Source: the human T2T-CHM13v2.0 reference genome, Homo sapiens. Taken from it: 64,000 nt of DNA. The notes beneath the pieces are model-generated. The model made no database searches, was not told where the DNA came from, and saw only the letters and a program-made list of their open reading frames with translations. This document shows positions 15,680 to 51,320 of the stretch, one piece after another. Both the position numbers and the translations under genes were made by a program. The first letter of the stretch is position 1. Every line of letters starts with the position of its first letter. Where the stretch lies: NCBI RefSeq assembly GCF_009914755.1, contig NC_060927.1. One strand, 5' to 3'.

Positions 15680-18600
15680 AAGAGAAACCAATTTTTTACA
15701 AATTAATTTGAGTGCCATTTTGTTCCTACCAGGAACTTGATGGGAATCACAGGTTCCTATATATTTATAAACCGTATATTTACTTCAGAATAATAAATCA
15801 TATTGTCTTAGTCTGTTAAAAAATTTCTCAACAGAATACTAGCAATCCAAATCCAACAAAATATAAAATTACATCATTATGAAATGGGATTTATGTCAGG
15901 AACAGAAAATTGACTCAACATATGAAAATCAAATAATTAATTTGATTATTAAATTGACTCAGCATATGAAAATCAAATAATACAACTGAATCTGATAAAA
16001 GGACATCTGTAAATAACCGACAGCGAATGCCATAGTTAATGTTGAAAAACTAAAATTTTTTCCCTTAAGATTAGGAACAACACAAGGATGTCCACTCTTG
16101 CCAATTCTATTTAACATTGTACTTGAAGATCTAACCAGGGAAATTAGGCAAGGAAAATAAAAAAGGGCCATCTAAATTAGAAAGGAAAAACTGAAAATAT
16201 CTTTATTCACAGATAACACAAAGTTATATATATAAACCCTTTAAAATAAATTTTAAAAATAGAGCTAATAGTGATTTCAGCAAGGTTGCAAGATATACAC
16301 AGAAGTCAATATAAATGGCCCTATTAAAAATCAGTTGTATTTCTACACACTAACAATGAACAATCCAAATATAAAGAAAATCAATTTTATTTACAGTAGC
16401 ATCAAAAGAATGAAATGCTTAGGAATAAATTTAACCATATAAGTGCAAGACCTGTACAATGGAAACTACAAAATATTGTTGAAAGAAATTAAAGGTGACC
16501 TAAATAAATAGTGAAATATTCTGTGTTCGTGGATCAGGAAACTTAACATGGCAATTCTCCCCAAATTTATCCACAGACTTAATGCAATAGCTATCAAAAT
16601 TCTAGTGGACTTTTGCACAAAAAGTAGTAGTGCTGATCCTAAAATTTATATGAAAATACAAGATAATGTTAAAACAGAAACAAAAGTGGAGTACTCACAC
16701 TTTCCAATTTCAAAACATACTACACAGCTGCAGTAATCAAGACGGTGTGGCTAGCACAAGGATAGACATATAGATCAAAGAAATAGCATTCAGAGTCCAG
16801 TAATAAATCATATATCTATGGTGAGTTGATTTTCAACAAGGGTTTCAAGACTACTCAATGGGAAACAATAGTCTTTTCAACAAATGTTGTTATGGCAATT
16901 GGATATTCACATGCAACAGAATGAAATTGGGCCCCTAACTCCCACCAAATACAAAAACAATTCAAAATAATTCAAATACCTCAGTGTAAGAGCTCAAACT
17001 ATAAAGCTATTTATTATAGGATTACATAGGTGTAAATCTTCATGGCCTTGGATTGGGCAGTGGTTTCTTAAATGACACCAAATGGGCAAGCTACAAAAAA
17101 AATAGAGATAAATTTGACTTCATCAAAATTAAAACCTTTTGTGCTTCAAAGGACACCATTTAAAAATGTAAAGACAACCATAGAATGGAGAAAATAGATG
17201 CAAATCATATCTGGTTAGGGTCTAGTATCTAGCTAATACAAAGAGCTCTGACAACTCAACAATAAAAAGATATTAACTCCATTTTTAAATGGGCAAAAGA
17301 TTTAAATAGACATTTCTCTAAAGAAGGCATACAAATGTCCTATAAGGACATGAAAAGATTCTCAACATCACTAGCCATCAGGGAAATCCAAATGTAAATC
17401 ACAAAGAGATCCTACTTTATACCTACTATAATAGCTATAATCAGAAGAAAAAAAAGACAAGAAGTTTGGAAAACGATGTGGAGAAATGGTAATTCTCATA
17501 CATTGCTGGTGGGAATGTAAAATTGTGCAGTCACTTTGAAAAACAGCTTGGCATTTCCTCAAAAAGTTAAACATAGGGTTACCATATGATCCCACACCTA
17601 GGAACCTACCCAAAAGAACTGGAAACATATTTCTACAAAAATGCTCACACAAAAAAAATGTATACACAAATGCTCACAGAAACATTTAAACATTTAACAG
17701 CTAAAACGTGAAAACAATCTAAATGTCCATTAACTGACAATGAATACAATGTGGTATATCCATGTGAAATTATTCAGCCATAAAAAAATACTGATACATG
17801 CTATAACACAGATAAACCTTGAAAACATTATACTAAATTAAAGCCAGACACAAAAGCCACACATTATATGATAGCATTTATATGAAATCTCCAGAATAGA
17901 CAAATCCATAAATACAGAAAAGTAGAGTAACTGCTAAGGGCTGAGGGAAAGGAGGAACAGGGAGAGACTGCTAATGAGTGTTTTACGGGGGTGATGAAAA
18001 TATTTTGGAATTAGATAATGGTGAGAGTTGCACAATTTTATGAATATACTGAAAACCATTTAATTGTTTACTCTAAAATGGTGACTTTAATGGTAAGTGA
18101 ATTACATATTAATAAGTTTTTAATAAGACCTTATAGAAACCAATAGTGAAAATGTATCATAAATCTGGGAATGAAACTCTAACCTATGTGCCTGGAGGAT
18201 GGAGAGAGAGATTGATAAAACTGAGTTTTGGCAAACGTGAGGAAAAGGAGTTTCACTTTTTTGAATGTTGTATGTTCCTTGCTGGTATTAACTGGCACAT
18301 TTATTTGAGTAAGAAATTTAGCAGTTTGCCTTAAAAAAAGATAAAGGACATACCCTAAGAGCCGGGATTTTCACTTGTAGAAATCTAATATCAATGTGTG
18401 GCTGGCATAGTTGGCACTCAGTGATTTTCTCTATTATAAAGGTGATAACCATAGGGGGAGATACTAAATTATGCAGTAAATTCCTGAAGCTAAACTCAGC
18501 TCTCACTTCTGCTTCTTTTTCTAAAAACAAGACAGTATTCATACTATAATGTACTATGACCATGAAATTTCTGTTCTTTTAATCTTTGCAAGCTGCTTAA

Positions 18601-19299
18601 ATGGGAAGGTGAAATTCTTCCCTAAAATATAGGGTCTTTTTTCTAGGAATACTGAGCATATACTAGCAGAACAGTTAAAGATTTAATGTAGAGTTCCAGC
18701 CTCTTTTTGGAGTGGGGGTAGGATGGGGAAAAGACAGAAAGCTTGAACCTCACCCAAACACCATGCAGCTACAAAAAACCCAAGAAATATTCAGAGTGAC
18801 TTAAGTATAAAGCTTCATGAAAATGAGCAGCGACTATGCATTGATTGATAAAATCAATTACTACTGAAAGAAGTTCCTAAGTGAACCTATATATTTTTTT
18901 CTTTAACTCTTTCTCTGAATGGTGATATCTCTTTAAATATGGCATTGCTATTATTTGTAAACACTGTCCTTTGTTCAAATAGAATTCTATCAATTCCTCT
19001 AACATGTGGAAAACCATGTGAATCTACTTTTCTAATTAACCATACCCAAGCCTTTCAGTCTACGAAGACATAATCTGAAGTCCACTTGTCCAAATTGCAG
19101 GCAGAACACCAAACAAGGAGAAATAGCTTCAGAAATCTACTCCATTATCCAAAAGGTGACAAATGACAACTAAACTTCCAGGATGCTCATTGCATCACCA
19201 CTCCTCTACAGCTGGTTCCATGGAAGCATGGAGTTTCCACCAACATACCAGCTACCACCCACAAGGCCGCATCCTGCTATCTACCTAGCATGGTAGAGA

Positions 19300-42285
<22,986 letters not shown>

Positions 42286-42442
42286 GCCCCTTCAGAGCAG
42301 GAAACAACCTCAGACTCATCACAAAGTAGACATATACACACACATATATGTATGTATATTTTTCTCACCACATTCTTCAAGGAGGTTGTAGACAAATGTT
42401 TCCATGACCTCTCAGCTTTCCAACAGGAATCTTGTAAGAGCT

Positions 42443-42480
42443 AATAAAAGGAAATACCTGACATGGCTTGCTGTTTGTTC
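42443..42480 (+). terminator. TRIM42 polyadenylation signal AATAAA with downstream GU-rich element
   Basis: AATAAA at 42443-42448, 157 nt after the stop; TGCTGTTTGTTC at ~42469-42480. Confidence 0.85.
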
Positions 42481-44213
42481 AATGACAACTATTTGTTATG
42501 ATGACAGTAATAAGCAAGGCACTCAGCAAGTCTGTATATTTCCAGCTGCTCAGGTCTAGTCCTAGGCTCAGAATTCTGTGGTGTTTTGTAGGAGCAACAC
42601 CCAGCTTCTAGGTGGTAAAAAGAACACTGTATTTTGCAGTCGGGACCCCGTAGGTGTGCATTCTAATGCTGGCCTAACTAGCTTTGAATGCTTGGGCAAG
42701 TCGCTGATTGCCACGGAATTCATTACCTCACCATGTAGTCTATTTTAAGGAGCCAACATTAAAATGTTTTTCCTAATTATTGAACTTGAATTTGCCTTTT
42801 CACAACTTTCAGCCCATGGTCTGAGGTCTACCTCTAAGCCATAAAGAATGAGAGCCCTCCCTCTTCTCCTTCTGGACATAGCAAAGGAAGAACGGTAGAA
42901 TGCCTGGTTAGAGGATCCTCTATGGTCATTTGAAGCAAGGCATGGAAGAATGACAAAATCATGTATCAGCTCCAACCTCACTGAACTTAGCTTGGCCTTT
43001 CAGACAATATGAAGTCCCTAGAATTTCTTGTCATACAAGGCCCTATCTGCCAGAAATGACCCTCTACTGAACCCCACGCCATTTCTTCCCAGAAAGCACC
43101 ACCTGTCTTTCAAGACTCAGCTCAACCACTTTCCCCAGTGATCCTCCAAATTATGATGACAACATCTTTCTCCCCTGCATCCCCACTAAGCACAGGGCCC
43201 ACCTGTCCCACCCCTATTTCCCATAAAGACACCCATTCCAGCCCTGTGATACTTAGGACTCATTTGTCCTGAGTCTTAGAGCAGAGATGGTGTCTCATTC
43301 ATCTTCTATCCTCAGTGCTTGGGACAGTGAGGCACACATTACATGTTAGTACCAGGAGGGACACACCACAGCTGAAAGGCAGACACATAGAATGACTCTC
43401 CTCTGAACATCCCCAGGTGCCAGTTTGCACAATGAAGGTTTACACACATAACTGGGACTGTCCATGAAAAGGACCAGGCAGTAACTGGTCTCCATTTCCT
43501 CTAATCCCAACCTTTTCATGAGCTGTGCAACTGGCAGATGTGGCCAGCCCATCTAGCTTCACCAGTAGGACTTCAGCTCTGCAACCCTTTATTTTTCATC
43601 ACTGCCAGAAAAGGGCCATTCCACAAAGAGATCCATAGTGAGGATCTTCTGATAATGTGAGAAAATGAAGCTAAGCAGATTCCTGCTCCACCCCCAAGCA
43701 GTATTACAAGAAGGCATACCCCAGGGAGCTTCATTATGATCCTATTACTGTAAATGATGGCTGGAATCCACCATCAGATTTGGTATTACCATATAATCAT
43801 TTCTATAAAAGTCTTCGAAATCATTATTAGCACAGAGAACGAATTAAATGACACGCCAGCAGGGATTTTACTACTAACGAACTAAAATGAAATTAAACTA
43901 AAAAAAATAGAACTCTATGAATATTACATTGCAATGATCACACCAACTCATGGTGCCAACAAGGACTAGGCTAGAATTAAATAAACCACAGCACCCTGAT
44001 CTTGTCTCTCTAGAAAACATCTAAACTTGCATTCAGTGACCAAGACAGCTAGCTAGATTCTTTGAGAAGCCCACTTAACCAGTAGCTGACCCATTCTACC
44101 AAATGCAATGTGGATTTCTTAATGGCACAGAAACTGCACATTATTTGGTCCCTGAGGTTATGATTTACATAGCTTCCCTCCTCCCAGGCCCATGTCTGAG
44201 GTGCAATATATAA

Positions 44214-44252
<39 letters not shown>
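44214..44252. repeat. (TG)n microsatellite
   Basis: Visible run. Confidence 0.9.
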
Positions 44253-44253
<1 letters not shown>

Positions 44254-44519
44254 AAATATAATCAAGAGATTTGTAAGTATATGTTTATTAAAAATTCCAC
44301 TATGTTAAGCATATTCTCTCTGTATACAGCTACATATTTCAACATCCCTAACAGCCTTTCTTTAGAGAAGTGTCTATGGCCCTAATTAGAGATAATTAGT
44401 GGCAGTGTCTACTTGAGAACATCTTGCAGCCTGTTAGAACAGTTGCTAGCTAAATTTGTATTAGTTTTTCTTGCCCCCCTTTTCTTTTTTTTTTTTTTTG
44501 ATAACCATTCTAGATTCAT

Positions 44520-45365
44520 TCTTTCTGTTAACACATCTGTAATGAGACCAGGGGACTGTGGGGACACAGTGGAGAATTACAGAGAAAACAGTCCCCACAC
44601 CATGGACGTTATAGTCTAATGAGTAAGATAAAATAAATGAAGATATAAGCATGTAGATGACTGGAAATGAGAAGTGCTAGGAAGGAAAAGAGGCATGGAG
44701 CTAAGAGGTACCAACCCTAAAGAGGATGCCAGTGAAAGTCTTCTCAAAGAGATGAATTACAAGCTGCTTCCTCAAGAATGAGCAGGAGCCAGCCATGTAC
44801 GAGTGGAGGAGAAAAGCATTCTGGACAGAGGGGCAATAGGTACCACAGCCCTGGGGCAGGAAAAGGCTTGGCATGTTCAGGTAACGAACACAGCTAGAGG
44901 CTGGAGTTCAGGGAATAAGGAGGGGAGAAAAACAGGTAAATGGCCTTGGCAGGACTTGTGGGCCATCACAGAGAGTAAGTGTCTCAGGAAGCTGGTGAAG
45001 GATGTGAAGCAAAATTACTTCACACTTGTATTTCCAGTTTAGTAGCATTACTTTCAGTTCCATGTGAAAATGAGTTGTGGAGGGCCAAAGGAAAAGGCAG
45101 GAAGACTGTTAATAAATTGATGGTCACCTGGGCTGGGAGGTGGGCTCCAGGAGTCAGTAGCCCTTTCTTACCAATGGGGTGCATGGGAGAGAGCAATGCC
45201 TATGAAGGATGAGGCCTGTGACTCTGGATTAAGCACTGGGTGATGGTGGATCCAGACAGTATAGAATGACAAGTTTCTGGAAAATATCAGAGTTCTGCCT
45301 TGGGTGAGTGACGTGTGAGCTGCCTGAGGAGCAGCCAAGCAGAATCAAACAGCAGCAGCTGGGTA
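44520..45365. mobile_element. Decayed L2 LINE fragments
   Basis: Purine-rich L2-like motifs (GGAGCCAGCCATG...AGCATTCTGGACAGAGGG...AGCCCTGGGGCAGGAAA). Confidence 0.5.
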
Positions 45366-46121
45366 TTGTAACAGTTCAACTGAGTCAGGAAAAAAGAGAC
45401 CACACCAGTTATTTTAAACAGAGAGAACTGAAGATGGGGACTTGGTTAAACAGGTATTATAGGACTTTGAATAGAAAAGGGACACTGGGATAACACAGAG
45501 ATGGGAACTGCAGGGAGCTGCTATCACCCCTTGGGCTGGGCTGGTGGAATGAAAGAAACAGTCTCTTAGCTGGGATCCACATCTCTGAGGAGGGATCACT
45601 GCCTGGTTGTTGCGAGTGTATCTAAGGGACTTTCATGAGGCTGGTTCTAGGGGTGTGGGAAAAAGTTGGAAACTGACAGCAACTGCCATACTGCCACTGC
45701 CCAGGAGAGACCATTGCAGTGATGGTGTCCAGAATAGTGAAAAAACAGAAAGAAGCTCTTTCCTTCTCCCCCTTCCAAGCTTGCAGTCTTCCTGTATTCC
45801 TCTTGTGTCCCCTCATTGCAGAGCCTAGTGGAGCTAACTGGCCAAGGAAAAAATGTCATCTGCAAGAGCCCAAGCCCCAGCATTGCAGACTAAGTCCAAA
45901 AATGTTTCAGAGTTAAGAGGAAACAGCTTCATAATTAGCACAATTATGCAAGGCTGGAGCCCAAAGGATAAGCCTGGGATGGGGACACAAACTCAGAAAT
46001 TATCAATGGATGTACTCTGATTTTCTAGAGTACTCAAGACATTGAGTGTCCTGACCTTAGCTAGGGTCTGCAGGGTAAACCGAAAAGGCACAAAGCTAGT
46101 TCTTGTCTTCAGGTTGCTTTC

Positions 46122-48585
46122 CATATTAGTCCAGTTTGCCTTGCTGTAAAGAAGTACCTGAGGCTGGATAATTTATAAAGAGAAGAAGTTTATTTGGCTC
46201 ACAGTTCTGTAGGTTGTACATGAAGTACAGTGCTGGCATCTGCACAGGTGAGGGCCTCAGGAATTTTACAGTCATGGCAGAAGGCCATGGCAAGAGAGGG
46301 AGCGAGAGAGAGAGAGAAAGAGAGAGAGAGGCAAAGGTGCCAGGTGCATTTAAACAACAGGAGCTCACATGAACTGTAGGGGGGCACCAAGCCATTCATG
46401 AGGGATCCACCCCCATAACTCAAACATCTACCAGGCCCCACTTTCAACAGAGGTGATTACATTTCAACATGAGATTTGGAGGGGACAAACATCCAAACTA
46501 TATATCATTCTGCCTTTTGCCCCCTCCCCCTGCTGCAAATCTCATTTCCTTCTTACATTGCAAAATACAACCATCCCTTCATAATAGTCCCTCAAAGTCT
46601 TAACTCATTCCAGCATTAACTCAAAAATCCAAAGTCTCATTTGAGACTCTAGGTAAGCTCCTTCTACCAATGAGACTGTAAAATCAAAAACAAGTTTATT
46701 TACTTCCAAGATACAATGGTGGTATAGGCATTTGGTAAATATTCCTGTTCCAAAAAAGAGAAATAAGCCAAAAGAAAGGGGTTACAGGCTCCATACAAGT
46801 CCAAAACCCAGCAAGGCAGACATTATACCCTGAAGCTCTAAAATAATCCCCTTTGACACCATGTTTCACATCCAGGGCACAGTGGTGCAAGGAGTGGGTC
46901 TCCAAGGCCTGGGGCACCTCTGCCCTTGTGGCTTTGCAGGGTGCAAACCCCATGACTGCTCTCATGAGTTATAGTTGAGTGCCTGTGATTTTTTTCCAAC
47001 TGAGGGTGCAAGCTGCCAGAGGCTCTACCATTCTCAGGTCTCAGGGGTGTTGGCCTCATTTATACAGCTCCACTAGGCAACACCCCAGTAGGGATTCTGT
47101 GTGAGGACTCCAACCCCACATTTCTCCTTTGCACTGACCTAGTAGAGTCTCTCTGTGAGGGCTCCACCCCTGTGGCTGGCTTCTGCCACATCCTTCTTTT
47201 CAATACATCCTCTGAAATCCAGGTGGAAGCTGCCAAGCTTCCTTCACTCTTGCATTCTACATGCCTGCAGATTTAGCACCATGTGGAAGCCACCAAGGCT
47301 TACAGCATGTACTTTCCAAAGCAGCAGTCTGTACCTAGGGCCTTTTGAGCCATAGCTGGAGCTGGAGCAGCCAGAATGTGGGGAGCAGTGTCCTGAGTCT
47401 GAGTAGGCCAGCAGCACCCTGTGCCTGGCCCCTGCAACCATTCTTTCCTCCTAGGCCCTTGGGCCTGTGATGGGAGGGGAGGCCTGGAATATTTCTGAAA
47501 TGCCTTTGAGGCCTTTTTTCCATTATCTTGGATATTAGCACTTGGCTCCCTTTTATTCATGCTAAGTGAGCTAGCAAGTGGTTGCTCCACAGCCTACTTA
47601 TATTCCCCTCCTGAAAACACTCTTTCCTTCTCTATTACATGGCCAGGCTGCAAATTTTCCAAACTGTTATACTCTGCTTCCTTTTTTATTATAAGTTTCA
47701 ATTTTAAGTCATTCCTTTACCCCCATATCTGATCATAGGTTGTTAGAGGCAGCCATGTCAACTCCAACTCTTGAATGCTTTGCTGCTTAGAAATTTCTTC
47801 TATGACATATCCTAGGTCATCATTCTTACATTCCAACTTCCACAAGTCCCTAGGGCATGGACACAATGCAGCCAAGTTCTTTGCTAAGGCATAACAAGAG
47901 TGGCCTTTGCTCTACTTCCCAATAAATTCTTCATTTCCATCTGAAACCTCATCAGACTGGCCTTCACTGTGCATATTTCTATCAGCATTTTGGTCACAAC
48001 AACTTAACAAGTCTGTAAGAAATTCCAAACTTTCCCTTGTCCTCTTGCCTTCTTTTGAGCCCTTTAAACTCTTCCAACCTCTGTCCATTACCCAGATTCA
48101 AAGCCACTTTCACATCCTCAGTTATCTTTGTAGTAATGCCCCACTTCTCAGTACTAATGTTTTATATTAGTCTATTTTGCATTGCTATAAAGAAGTACCT
48201 GAAGCTGGGTAATTGATTAAAAAAAGAAGTTTATTTGGCTCATGGTTCTGCAAGTTGTACATGAAGTATAGTGCTGGTATCTGCACTGGTGAGGACTTCA
48301 GGAATCTTCCAATCATGGCAGAAAGTAAAGAGGAACCAGCATGTCACATGGCAAGAGAAGGAGCAAGAGAGGCAGAGGTTCCAGGCTTTTTTAAACAACC
48401 AAATCTCATATGAACTAATTACCATGGTGACAGGGGTGGGGGCAATGTTGGGGGTGGGGGGTACCAAGCTATTCGTGAGAAGTCTGCTCCCGTGATCTAA
48501 ACACCTCCCACCAGGCCTCATCTCCAACACTGGAGATTACATTTCAACATGCAATTCAGAGGGGACAAACATCCAAACTACATCA
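46122..48585 (-). mobile_element. Complete MSTB-type MaLR provirus: LTR 46122-46507, internal region, LTR 48163-48585
   Basis: Two homologous LTRs ending GGGGACAAACATCCAAACTA..TCA; 5-bp TSD CTTTC at 46117-46121 and 48586-48590. Confidence 0.9.
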
Positions 48586-48659
48586 CTTTCTAACCATAAG
48601 AAAACCCCGAGGACAACTAAAAAGCAATTAGGCAGTTCAATATGTGGTTTTGCCTCTGC

Positions 48660-48850
48660 AGCAATGTGTCTCAAACCCAGATGAGCATCAGAATCACCTA
48701 TGAAGCTTTTAAAAATGTGGATTCCCGGGTCCCACACCAGACCCCATGATCAGATTCTGCAGGGTAGGGCACTGGACATCTGTATTTTCCAAAAGTCTCT
48801 GGGCAATTCTGGTTAACAGCCCTTTCCCAACCCAACAAGCATTGGGAAGC
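48660..48850. mobile_element. MER5-type fragment
   Basis: GCATCAGAATCACCTATGAAGCTTTTAAAAATG. Confidence 0.6.
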
Positions 48851-49100
48851 ACTACCTGGTGGCCTGAATTGTTGGAAGATGGTTTTTAGCTGTAGGGCCA
48901 GAGTTAGGTTTTGAAGACTGGCAGAAATTGGATGAGGTGAGAGCCAGAAGAAAGACTGCAATGAAGAGAGGATATCATGCAAAAGAGCAGAGACGAAGCA
49001 ATGAAGGGGGACATGAACACCCAGAAAATGCTCATTTATTTCCATTATTAAACTTTCAGAGTTTACTATGTGCCATATCTCCCTTTTCTTGTTTTGAGAA

Positions 49101-49509
49101 TGCCATGGTTTGAATGTGTCCCCCAAATGGCATATGTTGGAAACTTAATCCTCAATGCAACAGTATTGAGAAGTGGGGATCTTTTGGAGGTGATTATCCA
49201 TGAGGACTCTGCCCTTATGAGTGAATTGATGTTGTCATTATGGGAGTGGGTTCCTTACAAAAGGACAAGTTTAGGTGTCCCCCACCCCCTACCCCATGCT
49301 CTCTCTCACTCTCTCTCACCCTTTCTTTGCCCTTCTGCCATGTGATGCCTTCCGTCATGTTATGATGTAGCAAGAAAGCCCTCAACAGATGCCAGCCCCT
49401 GGATCTTGGACTTCCTAACTTCTAGAACTGTGAATCAATAAATTTCTGTTCATTATAAATTACCTAGTCTGTGGCATTCTGTTAAAGCAGCACAAAATGG
49501 ACTAAGACA
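49101..49509 (+). mobile_element. MST (MSTD-like) solo LTR
   Basis: TGCCATGGTTTGAATGTGTCCCCCAAA...GCAGCACAAAATGGACTAAGACA. Confidence 0.85.
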
Positions 49510-51099
49510 GAAAGGTAATGAGAAACATGGCTTGTGGGGAAACGTTGATGTCATTTAAACTGTAGATATCATTTCCACATTGCCCAACTCCAAAACAAAT
49601 AAATAAATCCCAGATTCCACTCTATGTATGTCTAATTAATAATGTAATAAGTGCCTGAATTTAATATGGGAGCAGTAGGAGAAAAGCACGAAGAACTTCA
49701 GCGACAAGGCAGGGAATATACACAGGGAAAAAAAGATAACCTGAGTCCCAAGGTGGTGGGAGCACTGCTGCCTCTGAGCCTCCCCGCTTCTGTCCATAGC
49801 CATGTCTTCCTTGGAAAAGTATTACCAGCACACAACTCCCCTTCCCCAGTGGGGAACACACATTCAGGCTCACACAAGCACATATGCATGCATGCAGAAA
49901 CATACACAGACACACACTCATATATACACAAACACACACACATACACACACATCTGCAGCCACTGCTTCTGAACCACATCATCCATTCTGAGGTCAGTGA
50001 GAACTTATGAAACAATGCAGACCTACCTTGAGACTTAAAGGACTAGAAGATCTAGGAGGTATGTTTCTAAGAGAACACTTTGATATCTGTAGCAAGAGAG
50101 AGGATGAGGAGGAAGGAAGGGCTGGCATAATGAAGAGAGTGAAGTGAGGCATTTTCCTGTTACCCTGGTTTTCAAATGATCTGTCAGGCCATTTTCATTT
50201 GAAATCAAGGAGTTTCTCTGCCAGAAAATGACCAGAAAAATCAGGTTGTGTAGAAGTTCCCAGAAAAGCTAGTACATTCCAAGGCAAATAATTGACTAAA
50301 TCTAGGAAAACATGCAATTTGGAGAAAAGCCCAAGGGGCACATGTTGTTGCAAACCTGAACCGGGCCCAGAAGCTTGAATTGTTTATACCAAGTTGTAGA
50401 AGTTAGCAAAATAGGGTCAAAAACTAGTTCTTCAGATGCTGTGAATTTGTGCATGACTTCATTTCCAGTCCTTCAATTCCACGAGGAGCTATCTAATTTC
50501 TAAATTTTCTTTCAGGAAAAAATCATTTAGTTCAGAAATAATGCTTTCTATATAAAACAGTGGCTGTTTCAAGGTTTATTTCTTTTATATTTTTTCTTCC
50601 AAGAAAACCATAATAATAATAAAAAGTCTTTCATCTTAAAGCCAGACATGGGAAGTTTCTCTCTGAGCACCAAAGCAGATAGCAAATTCACTCAATACAA
50701 ATTGACTGAATGCTACATCGGCCTGACCCTGGGCATGAGGGGCAAATAAAGTTCCATGGGCTAACACACATGAAATGGCAGGAAAAAAGTCCAGTCTCAC
50801 CCCATGTTGGCTTCAGTATCCAGGCCAAGTTTATGGAAGAAGTGGAACATCCCAGACATCACGAAAATGTAAGGGAATTAGAGCAGCAGAGAAAGAAACG
50901 TAGGCATGCCAGGTAGGGGAACAGCATGAAGAAAGGTAGAGGGGCTGGACTAGTATGTTAGATGGATGAATGACAAGCCTGGAGAGGGATCTGTAGCCAG
51001 ATTGTAGAGGCCATTGAAAAACAGAATGCAAGTTTATCCTGTGGCTAATGAGAAGCGTATACAGGTGGTTGAGTTGGAAATTAATAATAATAATAATAA

Positions 51100-51320
51100 T
51101 AAGAGTAATAGCAAACACTTGTAATTATATTCTAGTAACTATACCAAGTGTTTTACATATATTGGCTCATTTAGTTCTCACAACAACCCTATTATTATTA
51201 ATAACACTATTATTATCTCCATTTTGCTGACTTGGAAACTGAGGCACAGAGATGTTAAGTAACTTTCCCAAGGTCACACAGCTTGTAAGTGGCACAGAGA
51301 GATTGAGATGGATCCCATCC
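51100..51320. mobile_element. MIR
   Basis: CTCCATTTT...GGAAACTGAGGCACAGAGATGTTAAGTAACTTTCCCAAGGTCACACAGCT. Confidence 0.8.
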
